DNA from: Eledone cirrhosa | Lineage: Eukaryota | Length of the DNA stretch: 64,000 nt | Direction of reading: 5' to 3' | Assembly: GCA_964016885.1 (NCBI GenBank) | Contig: OZ024758.1 | Coordinates: forward strand, 24,552,001-24,616,000 | Part shown: positions 1-14,196 of the stretch, one piece after another | Layout of the letters: the number at the start of each line of letters is the position of its first letter | How positions within the stretch are numbered: position 1 is the stretch's first letter | Notes under the pieces: model-generated | What the model saw: the letters and a program-made list of their open reading frames with translations, nothing else | Databases searched by the model: none | What the model was told of the DNA's origin: nothing | Position numbers and translations under genes: made by a program

Positions 1-200
1 ACTCATGAATCTTGGATAATGACTGGAAAAACACAATTGCAAATCAAGCAGCCAAAATGGGGTTCCTGTCAAGGGTGTTTGGAGTAATGTTACTCGATAG
101 AATGCGTAGCTCAGGGATCAGAGCGTTGCTGCAATTAGAGCCACTGCTTCTCCAAATTGAGAGATCACAGCTCTGACACTGTGGACATGTGGTCAGAATT
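1..200 (+). mobile_element. Degenerate RTE (Expander/Rex3-like) LINE ORF2 C-terminal fragment
   Basis: With a frameshift reads HESWIMT...AAKMGFLSRVFGVMLLDRMRSSGIRALLQLEPLLLQIERSQL*HCGHV; homologous to 58020-58450. Confidence 0.75.
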
Positions 201-944
201 CTGGATACATAATTTATTAGTGTCTAACTTACTGATACCAAAATATTAGTCTGTAACTAATCCTGTTTGCTAGTATACATCTGTCTAGTATTCAAATCTT
301 CACATGTGTCAAGAAGACAAAATGTACATCAAAATTATTTCTGATTCTGTTTATCAATATAAAAATATTTCATCTTGTTCCATCTGCTCCTTGTGTGTCC
401 CACCTCCAACTCTCCCTCTTTATCTTTCTCTCTCTTTCTTTCTTTCTCCCTCTTTCTCTTACACTCACACACACACTCTTCATATGTGATCTCAGAGTGC
501 ATAGAATGCCATTGATGGCCTCTAAATTCATAAATCTACAGCTGAAAGACCAATAGACCTCCCCCTAACTTGATCAACCACTGGGTTCCTTCCTTTGTTT
601 ATCTGAAACATATTTTAAAGATGAAGTGACTTAGTAGGCAGCTGTCATTAACAAGATAGTTATGGTAAACTTTTATGAAAAATACAAAACAGGAACTGAC
701 GTAATGCTGGTTGTATTTGTAGCTTTTCTCGGCTGATTTTTTTTTACTTTCTTTCTATGCAATCTTATCTGTTAGATAAAAAACTCATAGTATTTATAAT
801 AGAAATCTTCATCAAGATATCCTGAATAGAATCTGTGAGTTTTGTTGGGTTTTTTTATTGTGGATACATGTGTGTACCTGCATTGAATGTACGTGTGTTT
901 GTTGTGTTTGCGTTTAGTGTATGTATTTATGTATGAGCATATGT

Positions 945-1250
945 CAGTGAAGGCACATCGAGAGAGCTGAAGGCACACTAGAGAGCTGAACTCACTATCG
1001 TGAGGTTGCGAGTTCGATTCTTGGACCGAGTGATGTGCTGTGTCCTTGAGCAAGACTCTTTATTTCACGTTGCTCTTTCTGCCAGGAGTTGCGACTGGTA
1101 GATAGAATCAGCAATGGAAATACCAATGGAAACATTGTTTCCTTGGTCCAATTTAACGAAGTCCATCCCACTCACCAAGCAAATGAGGTCTGGAATCTTG
1201 TTAATCAATCAGAGCGATATGTCAACGTACTTCAGTGTGTATGTGATAGC
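945..1250 (+). mobile_element. tRNA-derived CORE-type SINE, diverged, distinct tail
   Basis: B-box-like GAGTTCGATTC followed by tgtgtccttgagcaagactctttatttcac core shared with other SINE copies here. Confidence 0.65.
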
Positions 1251-1284
1251 TATAAGTGAAAATACATATGTATGGAGAGTGGGG

Positions 1285-3084
1285 TTGTATATATATTTGG
1301 GTATATATATGTCTGGGTATATATATTAAGGTGTCTGGGTTTATATATGTCTGGGTGTATATATATTTGGGTATATATGTCTGGGTGTATATATGTCTGG
1401 GTATATATATTAAGGTGTCTGGGTTTATATATGTCTGGGTGTATATATATTTGGGTATATATATTTCTGGGTGTATATATGTCTGGGTATATATATCTAG
1501 GTGTCTGGGTTTATATATGTCTGGGTATATATATCTAGGTGTCTGGGTTTATATATGTCTGGGTGTATATATATTTGGGTATATATATGTCTGGGTATAT
1601 ATATCTAGGTATCTGGGTTTATATATGTCTGGGTGTATATATATTTGGGTATATATATGTCTGGGTGTATATATGTCTGGGTATATATATTAAGGTGTCT
1701 GGGTTTATATATATCTGGGTGTATATATATTTGGGTATATATATGTCTGGGTGTATATATGTCTGGGTATATATATCTAGGTGTCTGGGTTTATATATGT
1801 CTGGGTGTATATATATTTGGGTATATATATGTCTGGGTGTATATATGTCTGGGTATATATATCTAGGTGTCTGGGTTTATATATATCTGGGTGTATATAT
1901 ATTTGGGTATATATATGTCTGGGTGTATATATGTCTGGGTATATATATCTAGGTGTCTGGGTTTATATATGTCTGGGTATATATATCTAGGTGTCTGGGT
2001 TTATATATGTCTGGGTGTATATATATTTGGGTATATATATGTCTGGCTGTATATATGTCTGGGTATATATATCTAGGTGTCTGGGTTTATATATGTCTGG
2101 GTGTATATATATTTGGGTATATATATGTCTGGGTATATATATCTAGGTGTCTGGGTTTATATATGTCTGGGTGTATATATATTTGGGTATATATATGTCT
2201 GGGTATATATATCTAGGTGTCTGGGTTTATATATGTCTGGGTGTATATATATTTGTGTATATATATGTCTGGGTATATATATCTAGGTGTCTGGGTTTAT
2301 ATATGTCTGGGTGTATATATATTTGGGTATATATATGTCTGGGTGTAGATATGTCTGGGTATATATATCTAGGTGTCTGGGTTTATATATGTCTGGGTGT
2401 ATATATATTTGGGTATATATATTTCTGGGTGTATATATGTCTGGATATATATATCTAGGTGTCTGGGTTTATATATGTCTGGGTGTATATATATTTGGGT
2501 ATATATATCTAGGTGTCTGGGTTTATATATGTCTGGGTGTATATATATTTGGGTATATATATTTCTGGGTGTATATATGTCTGGGTATATATATCTAGGT
2601 GTCTGGGTTTATATATGTCTGGGTGTATATATATTTGGGTATATATATGTCTGGGTGTATATATGTCTGGGTATATATATCTAGGTGTCTGGGTATATAT
2701 ATCTAGGTGTCTGGGTTTATATATGTCTGGGTGTATATATATTTGGGTATATATATATCTGGGTGTATATATGTCTGGGTATATATATCTAGGTGTCTGG
2801 GTTTATATATGTCTGGGTGTATATATATGTCTGGGTGTATATATATTTGGGTATATATATGTCTGGGTTTATATATGTCTGGGTGTATATATGTTTAGGT
2901 GTATATATATCTGGGTTTATATATGTTTAGGTGTATATATATTTTGCTATATATGTCTGGGTGTATATATATATATGTCTGGTTTTATATATGTTTAGGT
3001 GTATATATATATCTATATATATATTTATATATGTCTGGGTTTATATATGTTTAGGTGTATATATATTTTGGTATATATGTCTGG

Positions 3085-3116
<32 letters not shown>

Positions 3117-3205
3117 GTCTGGGTTTATATATGTTTAGGTGTATATATATTTTGGTATATATGTCTGGGTGTATATATATATATATGTCTGGGTTTATAT
3201 ATGCC
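1285..3205. repeat. Compound minisatellite of (gtctgggt/tttgggt/ctaggt)+(TA)n modules
   Basis: Visible 16-19 bp modules recurring in 70-86 bp blocks; source of the spurious YIWVY ORFs. Confidence 0.95.
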
Positions 3206-3487
3206 TGTTTGTATGTTTGGATAGTAAATATGTGGCATATATATGTTTGTATAAATATGCATATACAATAAATATGACTGTGTATATATGTGTGTATGTA
3301 ATATATATTTGTGTGTATATATATATATGCAGAGGTTATATTTAATTTGTTGGGATACAACAAGCTAAAATATTTTTATAACTGATATAAAGCACTCAAC
3401 AAATTATTGGAGTAAATATACAATATATTAACAAATGGAAACTATAATAAATATAGTTTTATAAATATAGTTTCCATTTGTTAATAT

Positions 3488-3525
<38 letters not shown>

Positions 3526-3533
3526 ATATATAT

Positions 3534-4368
3534 ACTGCTAAAGGGTTCTCTCTAAAAATGAAAGGCAGGCTGTATGATGCCTGCATACGAACAGCAATGT
3601 TACATGGCAGTGAGACCTGGGCATTGTGTGCAGAGGATATACGCAGACTGGAGAGAAACGAAGCTTGCATTCTCCGCTGGATGTGTAATAGTAATATACA
3701 TGAACGGCAAAGCATAAACGAACTAAGGGAGAAATTAGGAATAAGAGGGATCAGATGTTGCTTACTCGAGAGAAGACTACGTTGGTACGGTCACGTGATG
3801 CGTTTGAAAGACGACAGCTGTATAAAAAAGTGCAGGGCGATAAAAATAGACGGTAGCCACGGAGTAGGCAGACCCAGAAAAACCTGGGACGACTTGCTAA
3901 ATTCCAACCTCACACACTTACACCTCTCCAAAACAATGTCACTGGCCGAGATCTTTGGCGCTACACAGTTATACAGAAGACCCGCCTTGCCTAAGTACAA
4001 AGCGAAACCTACAGTCAGTAGGCACCTCTAACAAAATACACTCCCGTCCCACTACCCCCACCTCCTTAAATGTGAAGTTATGTTGGTACCACAACATCCA
4101 GTCCGAAACAAATGAGGTCGTGTAGGTGTCACGACAAAAAAAAACACACAGTCCACGCTGTAATGTGGCCATGTAGGTAACACGGTAAAAACCTCCAAGT
4201 CCACACTGTAAACGCGGTTGGTGTTAGGAAGGGCATCCAGCCGTAGAAAAGCCGCCAGACAGTCCTATACGAGCAGGACAACCAATCTTGCGTCAAGTGG
4301 GAAAACTCCCATCCAAACCCATGCAAGCGTGGAAGATGGACGTTAAACGATGATGATGATGATGATGA
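3534..4368 (+). mobile_element. 5'-truncated RTE LINE, subfamily A2
   Basis: AKGFSLKMKGRLYDACIRTAMLHGSETW...RLRWYGHV...GRPRKTW, 3' UTR with ttaggaagggcatccagc, (GAT)n tail, TA flanks. Confidence 0.92.
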
Positions 4369-4372
4369 TATA

Positions 4373-4888
4373 TACACAGCTCGCCATTTTTTATTCATAT
4401 ATGCTTCCCCCTTTACTGTGACCCGTCTTTTTTCTCTTCCCTTGCTGCTATCCTCTTTCTCTCCCCCTTCTCCCTCTTACTTTCACCCCCCCCCCCCCAC
4501 CCCACCCCTACTAGTCACCCTCTCTCGTGGTCTTTCTTCTCACTCACACTCGCACGGTCAAGACGTAGTCTTTTTCTCTTCGTCAAAATTCGCCGGTTCT
4601 TGAGTTCGAAATGAATTATTGACTTGATTTTTTTTCATTTTTTCCTCTCTTTACGTTGCCTCACCCATCGTGTTCACCTGTCTCTCTCTTTCTCCCCCAC
4701 TTCTTTTTATCCCAATAACTTACTTTAGTTATTGAATCGCCCTAGGCGGAGCTATATTGTCTCTAATGTGAAGAAATACCTATGATGCCTGGTAGACAAC
4801 TGATGATTGATAGTCCTAACTTCTATTTCTAATTTTTCATTTTTCATTATACTTATTTGCAACAACACAGCTCGCCATTTTTTATTTA
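4373..4888 (+). mobile_element. Unclassified pyrimidine-rich non-coding element, possibly a Penelope-like terminus
   Basis: acacagctcgccatttttta occurs at both ends; cccaataac...gaaatacc...ctgatga block resembles 34455-34952 and 53245-53430. Confidence 0.45.
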
Positions 4889-4999
4889 TATATATATATA
4901 TATATCATCATCATCATTTTACATCCGCTTTTCCCTGCTTGCAAGGGTTGGACGTGTCTTATTCAGCACAGTATCTCTCCACTTGTCACGGTCCATCAT

Positions 5000-5342
5000 C
5001 ATCATCATCATCATTTTACGTCTGCTTTTCCCTGCTTGCAAGGGTGGGACGGGAACTGATTCTGGCTTGATTTCTACAGCTGGATGCCCTTCCTAACACC
5101 AACCTCATTTACAGTGAGTGCTGGGTGCTTTTTTGCTGTGGCACCTCCACAACCACTTTGCCGTGAAATGATAGGGACTGGGGGTTCAGTCCCTAATCAT
5201 CTCATTTCTACAGCTGAGTAAACTGGAGCAATGTGAAATAAAGTGTCTTGCTCAAGGAAACAACACATCACCCGGTCTGAGAATTGAACTCACAACCTTT
5301 CGATTGCAAGGCCAATGCTCTAACCACTAAGCCATGTGCCTC
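5000..5342 (-). mobile_element. tRNA/CORE SINE with RTE-derived tail (family S1)
   Basis: Reverse complement of the 17209-17592 consensus; (GAT)n tail. Confidence 0.9.
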
Positions 5343-5685
5343 CATATATATATCATCATCATCATCATACGTCCATTTTCCATGCTGGCATGGGTTGGGC
5401 GGGTCCTTCTCATCACAGCATCTCTCCACTCACCGTGTTTCTTTGTCACCTCCTCTGTGAGTCTCAGCAATTTGAGGTCACCTCTCATCACTTCTGCCTA
5501 GGTCTTTTATGGTCTACCTCTACTGCAACTTCCTTCCACTGCTACTTCCTGGAACTTCTTCACCCAACTTGTGGTAAAAGGCATCCAATGTTTTAGTGAT
5601 TTTTGTAGTGTAAATATAGATGCATGACTTATTTTTGTATCAAGCTTTTAGTATCTTCTGGTAATCTTTTTTTTTCTCCCCACAG

Positions 5686-5762
5686 TGGTTATTCTTTTGT
5701 AAATAGTTTGCGAGAGATTTCAGTAGAGAAAGACGAAGAAATTAGTTCCTCGGATTTACAAG
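5686..5762 (+). CDS. Candidate internal exon of an unidentified gene (GYSFVNSLREISVEKDEEISSSDLQ)
   Basis: Strong acceptor tttttttttctccccacag, donor AAG|gttagt, 77 nt phase 2 to 1, open frame that joins in frame to exon 14559. Confidence 0.6.
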
Positions 5763-6049
5763 GTTAGTACTAACAAAATGAATTTATGTTAAATTTATAT
5801 TGTCTGTCTGTCTGTGTGTCGTTAGGATTACAGGCCTACCAAATATGAACAAACTCTTTGAGTACATGAAAGCTATGAAAAGATTCAACAACAGAAACTT
5901 CTCGCTGTTTTACAGCTTCCCTTGTTTTCTTATGCTCAATCTGCCTCCCATTGGCCTTTTAATATTTGAAATTTTATTTTTGTTATTTTTTGTTGTTGTT
6001 TTTTTCATTTTTTATTTTTGTTTTTTTATTACTTGATCACTAGCTCTCT

Positions 6050-6430
6050 TTGATTACCAACTCTAAGGAGTACTCAACACTTCCCCTATGGATTATTAGC
6101 TCTATATGGACCTTTACATTGAATAAATAAATATGTATGTATGAAAGTATTCTGGCCTGTATAGAAATGATGCTTCTGTACAGTGCAGAGTCTTGGCCGT
6201 TGAATGCTGTTTGCCACAAGAGACTCAATGGTACATACACCACAATGCTATGCTCTGCATACAACTTCTCCTGGAGACATCATCCAACAAACAAGTCTCT
6301 GTGGAGATCCCTGCTCTGCATCTCTGATGTTGTGAGGGGCCATCATCTGGTCCTTGTCAACCATGTCACTCACCATGATGAACCCACTGGAAGACTGCTC
6401 CTCAGGGCTACAGATGCAAAAAGATGAGTT
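6050..6430 (+). mobile_element. Old RTE-group LINE ORF2 3' fragment
   Basis: LLYSAESWPL...RLNGTYTTML...YNFSW; same type as 8940-9415. Confidence 0.65.
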
Positions 6431-6919
6431 GGTCAGTCATTGAGATGGCCACAGGCCTCAAAGGAGTGGTTGTGTGTGCTGCAAGGGTCAACCGAGGACT
6501 CTGAAGTTCAAACTTTGTCAATGCCTCACCACCACCTCAAGATATCATATGACACTCAAAAGACAGATGGAGAGAAGAATTCATGTGTTTCTCTGTATAT
6601 AAGAGTGTGTCTTTTTGTGGGGCAAACATTTGTCATAAGGAAAAAAAAAAAGAAAGCAAGTAAACAAATGTGTTTTTCTGTTTATGATCATAGTAGTGGT
6701 TGTGTTGCTGATAGTGGTTATCTTGCTGTCTATTGATTGTGGTAGACTTTGCATGGATACTGAACTCTATAGTTTGGTGAGACAACCATGGCAGGCATCA
6801 TCATCATCATCATCGTTTAACGTCTATCTTCCACATTAACAAACCACTACACCTACCATTTGTTGACCTGAAGATGGTCTTTGCATGGATACTGCACTCT
6901 ATAGTTTAGTGATCCCTAA

Positions 6920-7130
6920 AAAAATAGTAAACTTACCAAAAACAAAAGTTCTAGTTAGCAGAAAGACAGAGAATTCTATTGGCATCTGGAAAGGGGCCAT
7001 GCCTAATATGCAGAAAATTAGAAGGTAAGAATCCTATAGAGCCTGACCAATGGAAACTGTGAGTACACAAGAGATGCAGTGGGAAAAGAAGAACTTTGTA
7101 TGTACACAGGAGTAGTTAGCTGTAAGGCCA
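6920..7130 (+). mobile_element. Decayed RTE fragment covering the PHD insert
   Basis: NLPKTKVLVSRK...PCLICRK...VHKRCSG...FVC with stops and frameshifts. Confidence 0.65.
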
Positions 7131-8432
7131 TATATGGAATATCATCATCATCATCATCATCATCTGGCAGCCTCAGCTGAAATCGACTCAACAATTGATC
7201 CCCACGTGGGTCTGTCGTTCATTGCCGTTGCCAAGTCCTGGATTTCAATACCAGAATCTCTGGAGATGACATCGGCATAGGAGAGCTTGTGCCCCCTGTT
7301 ATTAGTGACTGCTTATGGTTTCCAAAGCACTAATGAGGGACACAGCCTCATAGGTGGCACGATGGCAGTGACCAGCAAATCTTACTCTCCTTTTACGTAC
7401 AACAGATATGCGTGGGAGGCCAGCTTATATTTCTTTCAAAAACTCAGAGAACTCACTAGAATAAGTGGATAAGTTATTACCTACATGACCTAATTTTCAG
7501 TAAAGGGCAGTAGTTTAAGAACAGAATTGAAAAGGTCAGCAACGGGCTTTTTGAGGTCAAACCCAACGGACCCCCATTGACATAAAGATCAAGCAAAGAA
7601 AGTGGTGTTGGATTGGACACACCTTCAAGAGACCCTTCAAGAGACCCTAGTACAACCTCATCAAGTTGTCACTCTGATGGAACCTTCCAAGACAAACGGA
7701 AGAGGTGAAGGCTGGAAAACTCTTGGTAATGCAACTTAGAGAATGAATTGAGACAGTTTGAATGGGGCTAGGAGCAATTGGAGAAGAAGGGTCAGAATTG
7801 ATATAGGAAGAGTAGGAGGAGTAGGATGAAGACATGAGTGGGTGAATAATCTCACTGTATCTCATCAATTTAGCTCATTCTGATAATCTGATAACTAATA
7901 ATCTAATCAAACAGAAACATAGACATATATACTTTCTCACAACAAATAAAAAAAAAATTGCCTTCAGGGGATTCTCTCTTCAATTTCCACCTCTCTGATA
8001 CTTCAGTATCAATTACAGAATGTTTACCTTGCCAATGATACTATATTGTTCTGGTTTTGTTTGTATTCTTCTTCTTTATACAAACATGGGTTCTGTATGG
8101 GAAAAACACCTAATCAAAATTGCACTAAGAACGTTTCAGTAAAACCTGCTGTCATGGAAATATCTTCCTCCATACATTTGATACAAACAAACAGACATTT
8201 TTATTTATTCCTCGCACCACATCTGCTCCAGTCTTGCACTCTTTCCTCTATCAGTTGTCGAGAGAATTGTATTCATTGTTTGTCTAAAATACTTCTTACC
8301 TCTCCAACCAATCACATATTTCAAAATACATGAAAACATTTTACATTCTAAATTGAAATTAATTACATCTTTCTTCTTCCCTCATTTTGTTTATTCTAAT
8401 ATTCCCATTCATTTTCGTATTTATTCAGTCAG

Positions 8433-8505
<73 letters not shown>

Positions 8506-8880
8506 ACATACATATATAAATATATAAATATATACATATATACACATACAAACATATAAATATATACATATATACACATACATATAAATATATATATATA
8601 TACACATATATCTATACATATACACACATATATATACATATACACATATATATGTACATATACACATATATATATACATATACACATATATATATATACA
8701 TATACACATATATATATATACATATACACATATATATATATACATATACACATATATATATACGTATATACATATATACATATACACATACACATATATA
8801 TATCATCATCATCATCATCATCATTTAACGTCTATCTTCCATGCTAGCATGGGTTTATACATATATATATATAAAATAAC

Positions 8881-8911
<31 letters not shown>

Positions 8912-8939
8912 CATATATATATATATATATATATATATC

Positions 8940-9415
8940 TAGGGCGGGTAAAATTCCCGAGATCCATGGACGAGTTCTCTCCAGCGGTCTCTGTCCCTCA
9001 TTATCACTGCCATGTCCTGCATCTCCAAGAGACCAGTGTCTGTCCTTAGGGCATCAACATATGTTAACCTTGGTCTTCCTCTTCCAGTGTGTCCATGCAG
9101 GGGCTCCCACAGGAGCACTGAGTGCAGTGTCAACTCTGGATGTCGGTGAGCATGTCCAGCTAACCTCAGTCTCCTCTGTGTCACTTTCGAGCTGACTTTT
9201 GAAAGGCTCCCATACAGCTGAATTCTTCATCCTCAGTGTATAATGATTAATATTCAGAGCCATCCTCAGCATTCTCGTGTAGCACCCATTCACCATCTGA
9301 GTGAGTTTCTTGGTCAGTGTCCATTTCTCAGACCTGTGCAGCAGCACAGACTCCACTACAGCAAGGAAGAGACGGATCTTCAGGTCTTTATGAAGGTCTA
9401 ACTTCCTCCGATCTC
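8940..9415 (-). mobile_element. RTE-group LINE ORF2 3' fragment
   Basis: ESVLLHRSEKWTLTK...CYTRMLRMALNI and RRLRLAGHAHRH...GRGRPRLTYVD in shifted frames. Confidence 0.8.
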
Positions 9416-9475
9416 AAGCTGTGGTCACATGGTCTTTTATTTCCGTTATACGATCTAGCCTTACCTAAGATCGTA

Positions 9476-9994
9476 ACTGCTATTGAGCAACTGCTATTGA
9501 ACAACTGCTATTGAGCAACTGCTATTGAGCAACTGCTATTGAGCAACTGCTATTGAACAACTGCTATTGAACAACTGCTATTGAGCAACTGCTATTGAGC
9601 AACTGCTATTGAACAACTGCTATTGAACAACTGCTATTGAACAACTGCTATTGAGCAACTGCTATTGAGCAACTGCTATTGAGCAACTGCTATTGAACAA
9701 CTGCTATTGAGCAACTGCTATTGAGCAACTGCTATTGAGCAACTGCTATTGAACAACTGCTATTGAACAACTGCTATTGAGCAACTGCTATTGAGCAACT
9801 GCTATTGAGCAACTGCTATTGAGCAACTGCTATTGAACAACTGCTATTGAACAACTGCTATTGAACAACTGCTATTAAACAACTGCTATTGAACAACTGC
9901 TATTGAACAACTGCTATTGAACAACTGCTATTGAGCAACTGCTATTGAGCAACTGCTATTGAGCAACTGCTATTGAGCAACTGCTATTGAGCAA
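9476..9994. repeat. 14-bp minisatellite (ctgctattgaRcaa), about 37 copies
   Basis: Direct inspection. Confidence 0.95.
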
Positions 9995-10072
9995 AGAACT
10001 GGAAACTGAACACAGTCTAAAATAGTCTTGGACATAATAGATGGTTTCCCTTCTTATACTTATTCCTCTTTT

Positions 10073-11255
10073 CACCACCACCACCACCACTGCTGCCACC
10101 GCCACCACCACCAAAACTACTACCACCACCACCACTGCTGCCACTACCACCAAAACTACCACCACCACCACCACTGCTGCCACTACCACCAAAACTACCA
10201 CCACCACTGCCACTGCCACCACCAATACTACCACCACTGCTGCCACTACCACCAAAACTACCACCACCTCTGCCACCACCAATACTACCACCACTGCTGC
10301 CACCACCACCACCACCACCAAAACTACCACCACCACCACCACCACTGTGCCACTGCCACCACCACCACTTCCACTGCCACCACCACCACCAAAACTACCA
10401 CCACCACCACCACCACTGTGCCACTGCCACCACCACCACTTCCACTGCCACCACCAATACTACCACCACTGCTGCCACTACCACCAAAACTACCACCACC
10501 ACCACCTCTGCCACTGCCACCACCAATACTACCACCACTGCTGCCACCACCACCACCACCACCAAAACTACCACCACCACCACCACCACCACCAATACTA
10601 CCACCACTGCTGCCACTACCACCAAAACTACCACCACCACCACCACCACCACTGCCACCACCAATACTACCACCACTGCTGCCACCAATACTACCACCAA
10701 AACTACCACCACCACCACCAAAACTGCCACCACCACCACTGCCGCCACCACCACCACCGCCACCACTACCACCACCACTGCCGCCACCACTGCCACCACC
10801 ACCACCACCACTGCCACCATCACCACCACTGCCACCACCACCACCACCATCACCACTACCGCCACCACCACCAACACCACTGCCACCATCACCACCACTG
10901 TTATCACTACCACCACCACCACCACCACCGCTCTACCACCACCACCACCACCACCACTACCACCATCATCACCACCACCACCGCTCTACCACCACCACCA
11001 CCACCACCACCACTACCACCATCATCACCACCACCACTGCCACCACCACCACCACCGCCACTCTACCACCACCATCACCACCACCACTACCATCACCACC
11101 ATTATCACCACCACCACCACCACCACTACCACCATCATCACCACCACCACTGCCACCATCATCACCACCACCACCACCGCCGCCACTCTACCACCACCAT
11201 CACCACCACCACTACCACCACTACCGCCACCATCATCACCACCACCGCCACTAAC
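10073..11255. repeat. Degenerate (ACC)n trinucleotide tract
   Basis: Direct inspection; poly-P/H/T in the three frames. Confidence 0.95.
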
Positions 11256-11414
11256 TCATCTATCATTTCTTGTTTTCTTTCTCTCACTAAATGTCACATT
11301 TCTTATGTGCTTAGTAAAACCGTTGAAGAGTCAAGGAATTAAGTATCCATAAATATATCGTTGTTCTGATATTTTAGCTGGAGGAAAAGGAAATCTAGAG
11401 AAGAAACTTCACTT

Positions 11415-11840
11415 ATTATTGGTTGAGTTAAGGCGGTGGATTGGCAGTATTGGTAGAGGGTCGGACGCCATGCTTTGAAGCATAGAGTTACCTCCCTTTA
11501 TGATCTGAGTTCAAATCCCGCCGAGGTTGACTTTGCCTTTCATCCTTACGAGGTCGATAAAATAAAGTACCAGTAATGCACTGGGATAATTGATGGCCTT
11601 GTGCCAAAAGTAGAAACAATTATTGATTGAGTTAAGGCGGTGGATTGGCAGTATTGGTAGAGGGTCGGACGCCATGCTTTGAAGCATAGAGTTACCTCCC
11701 TTTATGATCTGAGTTCAAATCCCGCCGAGGTTAACTTTGCCTTTCATCCTTACGGGGTCGATAAAATAAAGTACCAGTAATGCACTGGGTAATTTGCTGG
11801 CCTTGTGCCAAAAGTAGAAACAATTATTGGTTGAGTTAAG
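11415..11840 (+). mobile_element. Tandem pair of family S2 tRNA-like SINEs
   Basis: aggcggtggattggcagtat...gagttcaaatcccgccgagg...gcctttcatccttacggggtcgataaaataaagtaccag twice, about 203 bp period. Confidence 0.9.
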
Positions 11841-12645
11841 AAGCTCTCTATAGACTGTCTGGCTCTTCTACAGCTGCTTGTAGCTTCAAAACACCAGTAA
11901 CACAAAGGAGGGACCAGCTAGTGGACATAGATATAACGGAGTGGTTATATACATGTGTATGAAGGCTGCAAACTCTGCTAAGACTATTGCAATCGCTTGT
12001 CAGATTACAGAAAATGGTGCACTTTTTGGCTACGGCCAGCCACATGAACCTGTAACAGGTCCTGAACAAGCAATGCCTGTGCTTTGAAGGTTTTTTTTTT
12101 TAAAAACATCGAAAATACTACCTGAAAAGGAGAACTGGTCAACATCATCGAATGCTTCCGAAGTCACAGGTTTTTTTTTCAGAGTTTCCCTCTCTTAGAA
12201 AGGTGTTGTGACAACAACTGGGGGCCTTTCACTCCCAGGTAAAAAAAAAAAAAATACTATTTGGATAGCCATTGACTCTGCTGAATTCCTCTGCCCTTCG
12301 CCGGGTCATGTATTTCATCCGCAGGGTGTCCAAATATCACCCTCCACACCAAGATAGCTTGGTGGAGTTGCTGGTTTAGTCGTCGACAACCCGACCATGA
12401 GACAGGTTGTACTGGGTTACATGTTACCAGTAGCACATATACATATGTATACATACATACACACATTTCATAGATATAGCTGAGTGGTTACATACATACA
12501 TTCCAAAAATTCTGCATCGAATAACTGCATATACACATGTACAGATACAAAGCACATTGCACATGCACACATATAACTCAAAACATACACATCCACACAT
12601 ACAATAACATCCATACCTGCAGATACATGTCTGCATGCAGACATG

Positions 12646-13345
12646 CATACATATCTACCTGGTTGATGTTGTTTAAATTCCAATGAGAGAGTCTTGTTAG
12701 ATCTATGTTAGAAACCCACTCTCTATTGGTAAAAATGTATAGAATTATAAAACCAGAAGAACATACATATCTACCTGGTTGATGTTGTTTAAATTCCAAT
12801 GAGAGAGTCTTGTTAGATCTATGTTAGAAACCCACTCTCTATTGGTAAAAATTTATAGAATTATAAAACCAGAAGAACATACATATCTACCTGGTTGATG
12901 TTGTTTAAATTCCAATGAGATAGTCTTGTTAGATCTATGTTAGAAACCCACTCTCTATTGGTAAAAATTTATAGAATTATAAAACCAGAAGAACATACAT
13001 ATCTACCTGGTTGATGTTGTTTAAATTCCAATGAGATAGTCTTGTTAGATCTATGTTAGAAACCCACTCTCTATTGGTAAAAATGTATAGAATTATAAAA
13101 CCAGAAGAACATACATATCTACCTGGTTGATGTTGTTTAAATTCCAATGAGAGAGTCTTGTTAGATCTATGTTAGAAACCCACTCTCTATTGGTAAAAAT
13201 GTATAGAATTATAAAACCAGAAGAACATACATATCTACCTGGTTGATGTTGTTTAAATTCCAATGAGAGAGTCTTGTTAGATCTATGTTAGAAACCCACT
13301 CTCTATTGGTAAAAATTTATAGAATTATAAAACTAGAAGAACATA
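12646..13345. repeat. 116-bp tandem repeat, 6 near-identical copies
   Basis: catacatatctacctggttgatg... recurs at 12646, 12762 and onward. Confidence 0.95.
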
Positions 13346-13354
13346 CATACATTT

Positions 13355-13892
13355 GACAGTAGAAGTGGCAGTAACAGACATGTTTTTCAAATGCTGGTAA
13401 AATCTATAGAGGTGGTTGATAGCTTTCGATACCTAGGTGATTAGATTAGCAAGGGGGAAGGGTGCACCGAGGCCATAGTATCTAGAATAAGGACAGGTTG
13501 GAAGAAGTTTAGGGAGCTGCTTCCTCTGTTGACAAAGAAGAGTTTCTCCCTACGAACAAAGGCCGGTTATATGATGCCTGTGGGAGATGCGCAATGCTGC
13601 ATGGTAGTGAAACATGGGCTGCAACTGCGGAGGATATGCGACGGCTGGAGAGAAGACTGCACTGGTATGGACATGTGATGTGCATGGAGGATGACCGCTG
13701 CGTAAAGAAGTGCCAAGAAATCCCAGTAGAGGAAGACCACGAAAAGCATGAGCAGAAGTGGTGAGAGCTGACCTCAGATTGCTGAAGCTCATGGAGGAGA
13801 GGACAAAGGACCGTGACAAATGGAGAGAAGCTGTGCTGAATAGGACACGTTCCACCCTTGCACGCAGGGAAATTCGGGCGTAAAATGATGAT
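13355..13892 (+). mobile_element. Truncated RTE LINE, subfamily B, internally deleted
   Basis: EVVDSFRYLGD, RIRTGWKKFRELLPLL, HGSETW; end cacccttgcacgcagggaaa...(GAT)n. Confidence 0.85.
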
Positions 13893-14196
13893 ATATATAT
13901 ATATGATGGCTGCAAACTCACGCTAAGAGTATTGCAATCGCTTGTCAGATTCAGAGGTGTGACGCTCGGATATGGCTTTTCAAGCCTGCTAGAGACTTGC
14001 ACTCCTTCGCACATTGATGACAACTATGGATCTCCATGGCCTCATGTTACCTGTGAACCTTCACAATACCATAGCGATCATAGTTCACTGGTTCTCTTTC
14101 AACATGGCTGCGACTGTGGCTCCTGAGACCAGATTTGCTCAAGCAAATCTTTCCACACTCAGGGTGCACATATATAGTAGAGTTATTTTCCATTAA

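Noticed and set aside
776-834. Exon-like segment with ttag acceptor and gtgagt donor
   Set aside because: All three frames from this acceptor contain stops and it does not join exon 5686 in frame; could only be UTR
1256-3345. Overlapping YIWVY-type ORFs, and similar ORFs at 8.4, 25.3, 27.6, 32.6, 35 and 47-49 kb
   Set aside because: Translations of micro- and minisatellites
10028-11342. Long His/Pro/Thr-rich ORFs (408 and 433 aa) resembling extensin or formin
   Set aside because: Stop-free (ACC)n repeat open in several frames, with no splice or domain support
12255-12425. Possible HDV-like ribozyme in an RTE 5' UTR-like sequence on the minus strand
   Set aside because: Could not assign P2, P3 and P1.1 pairings by eye
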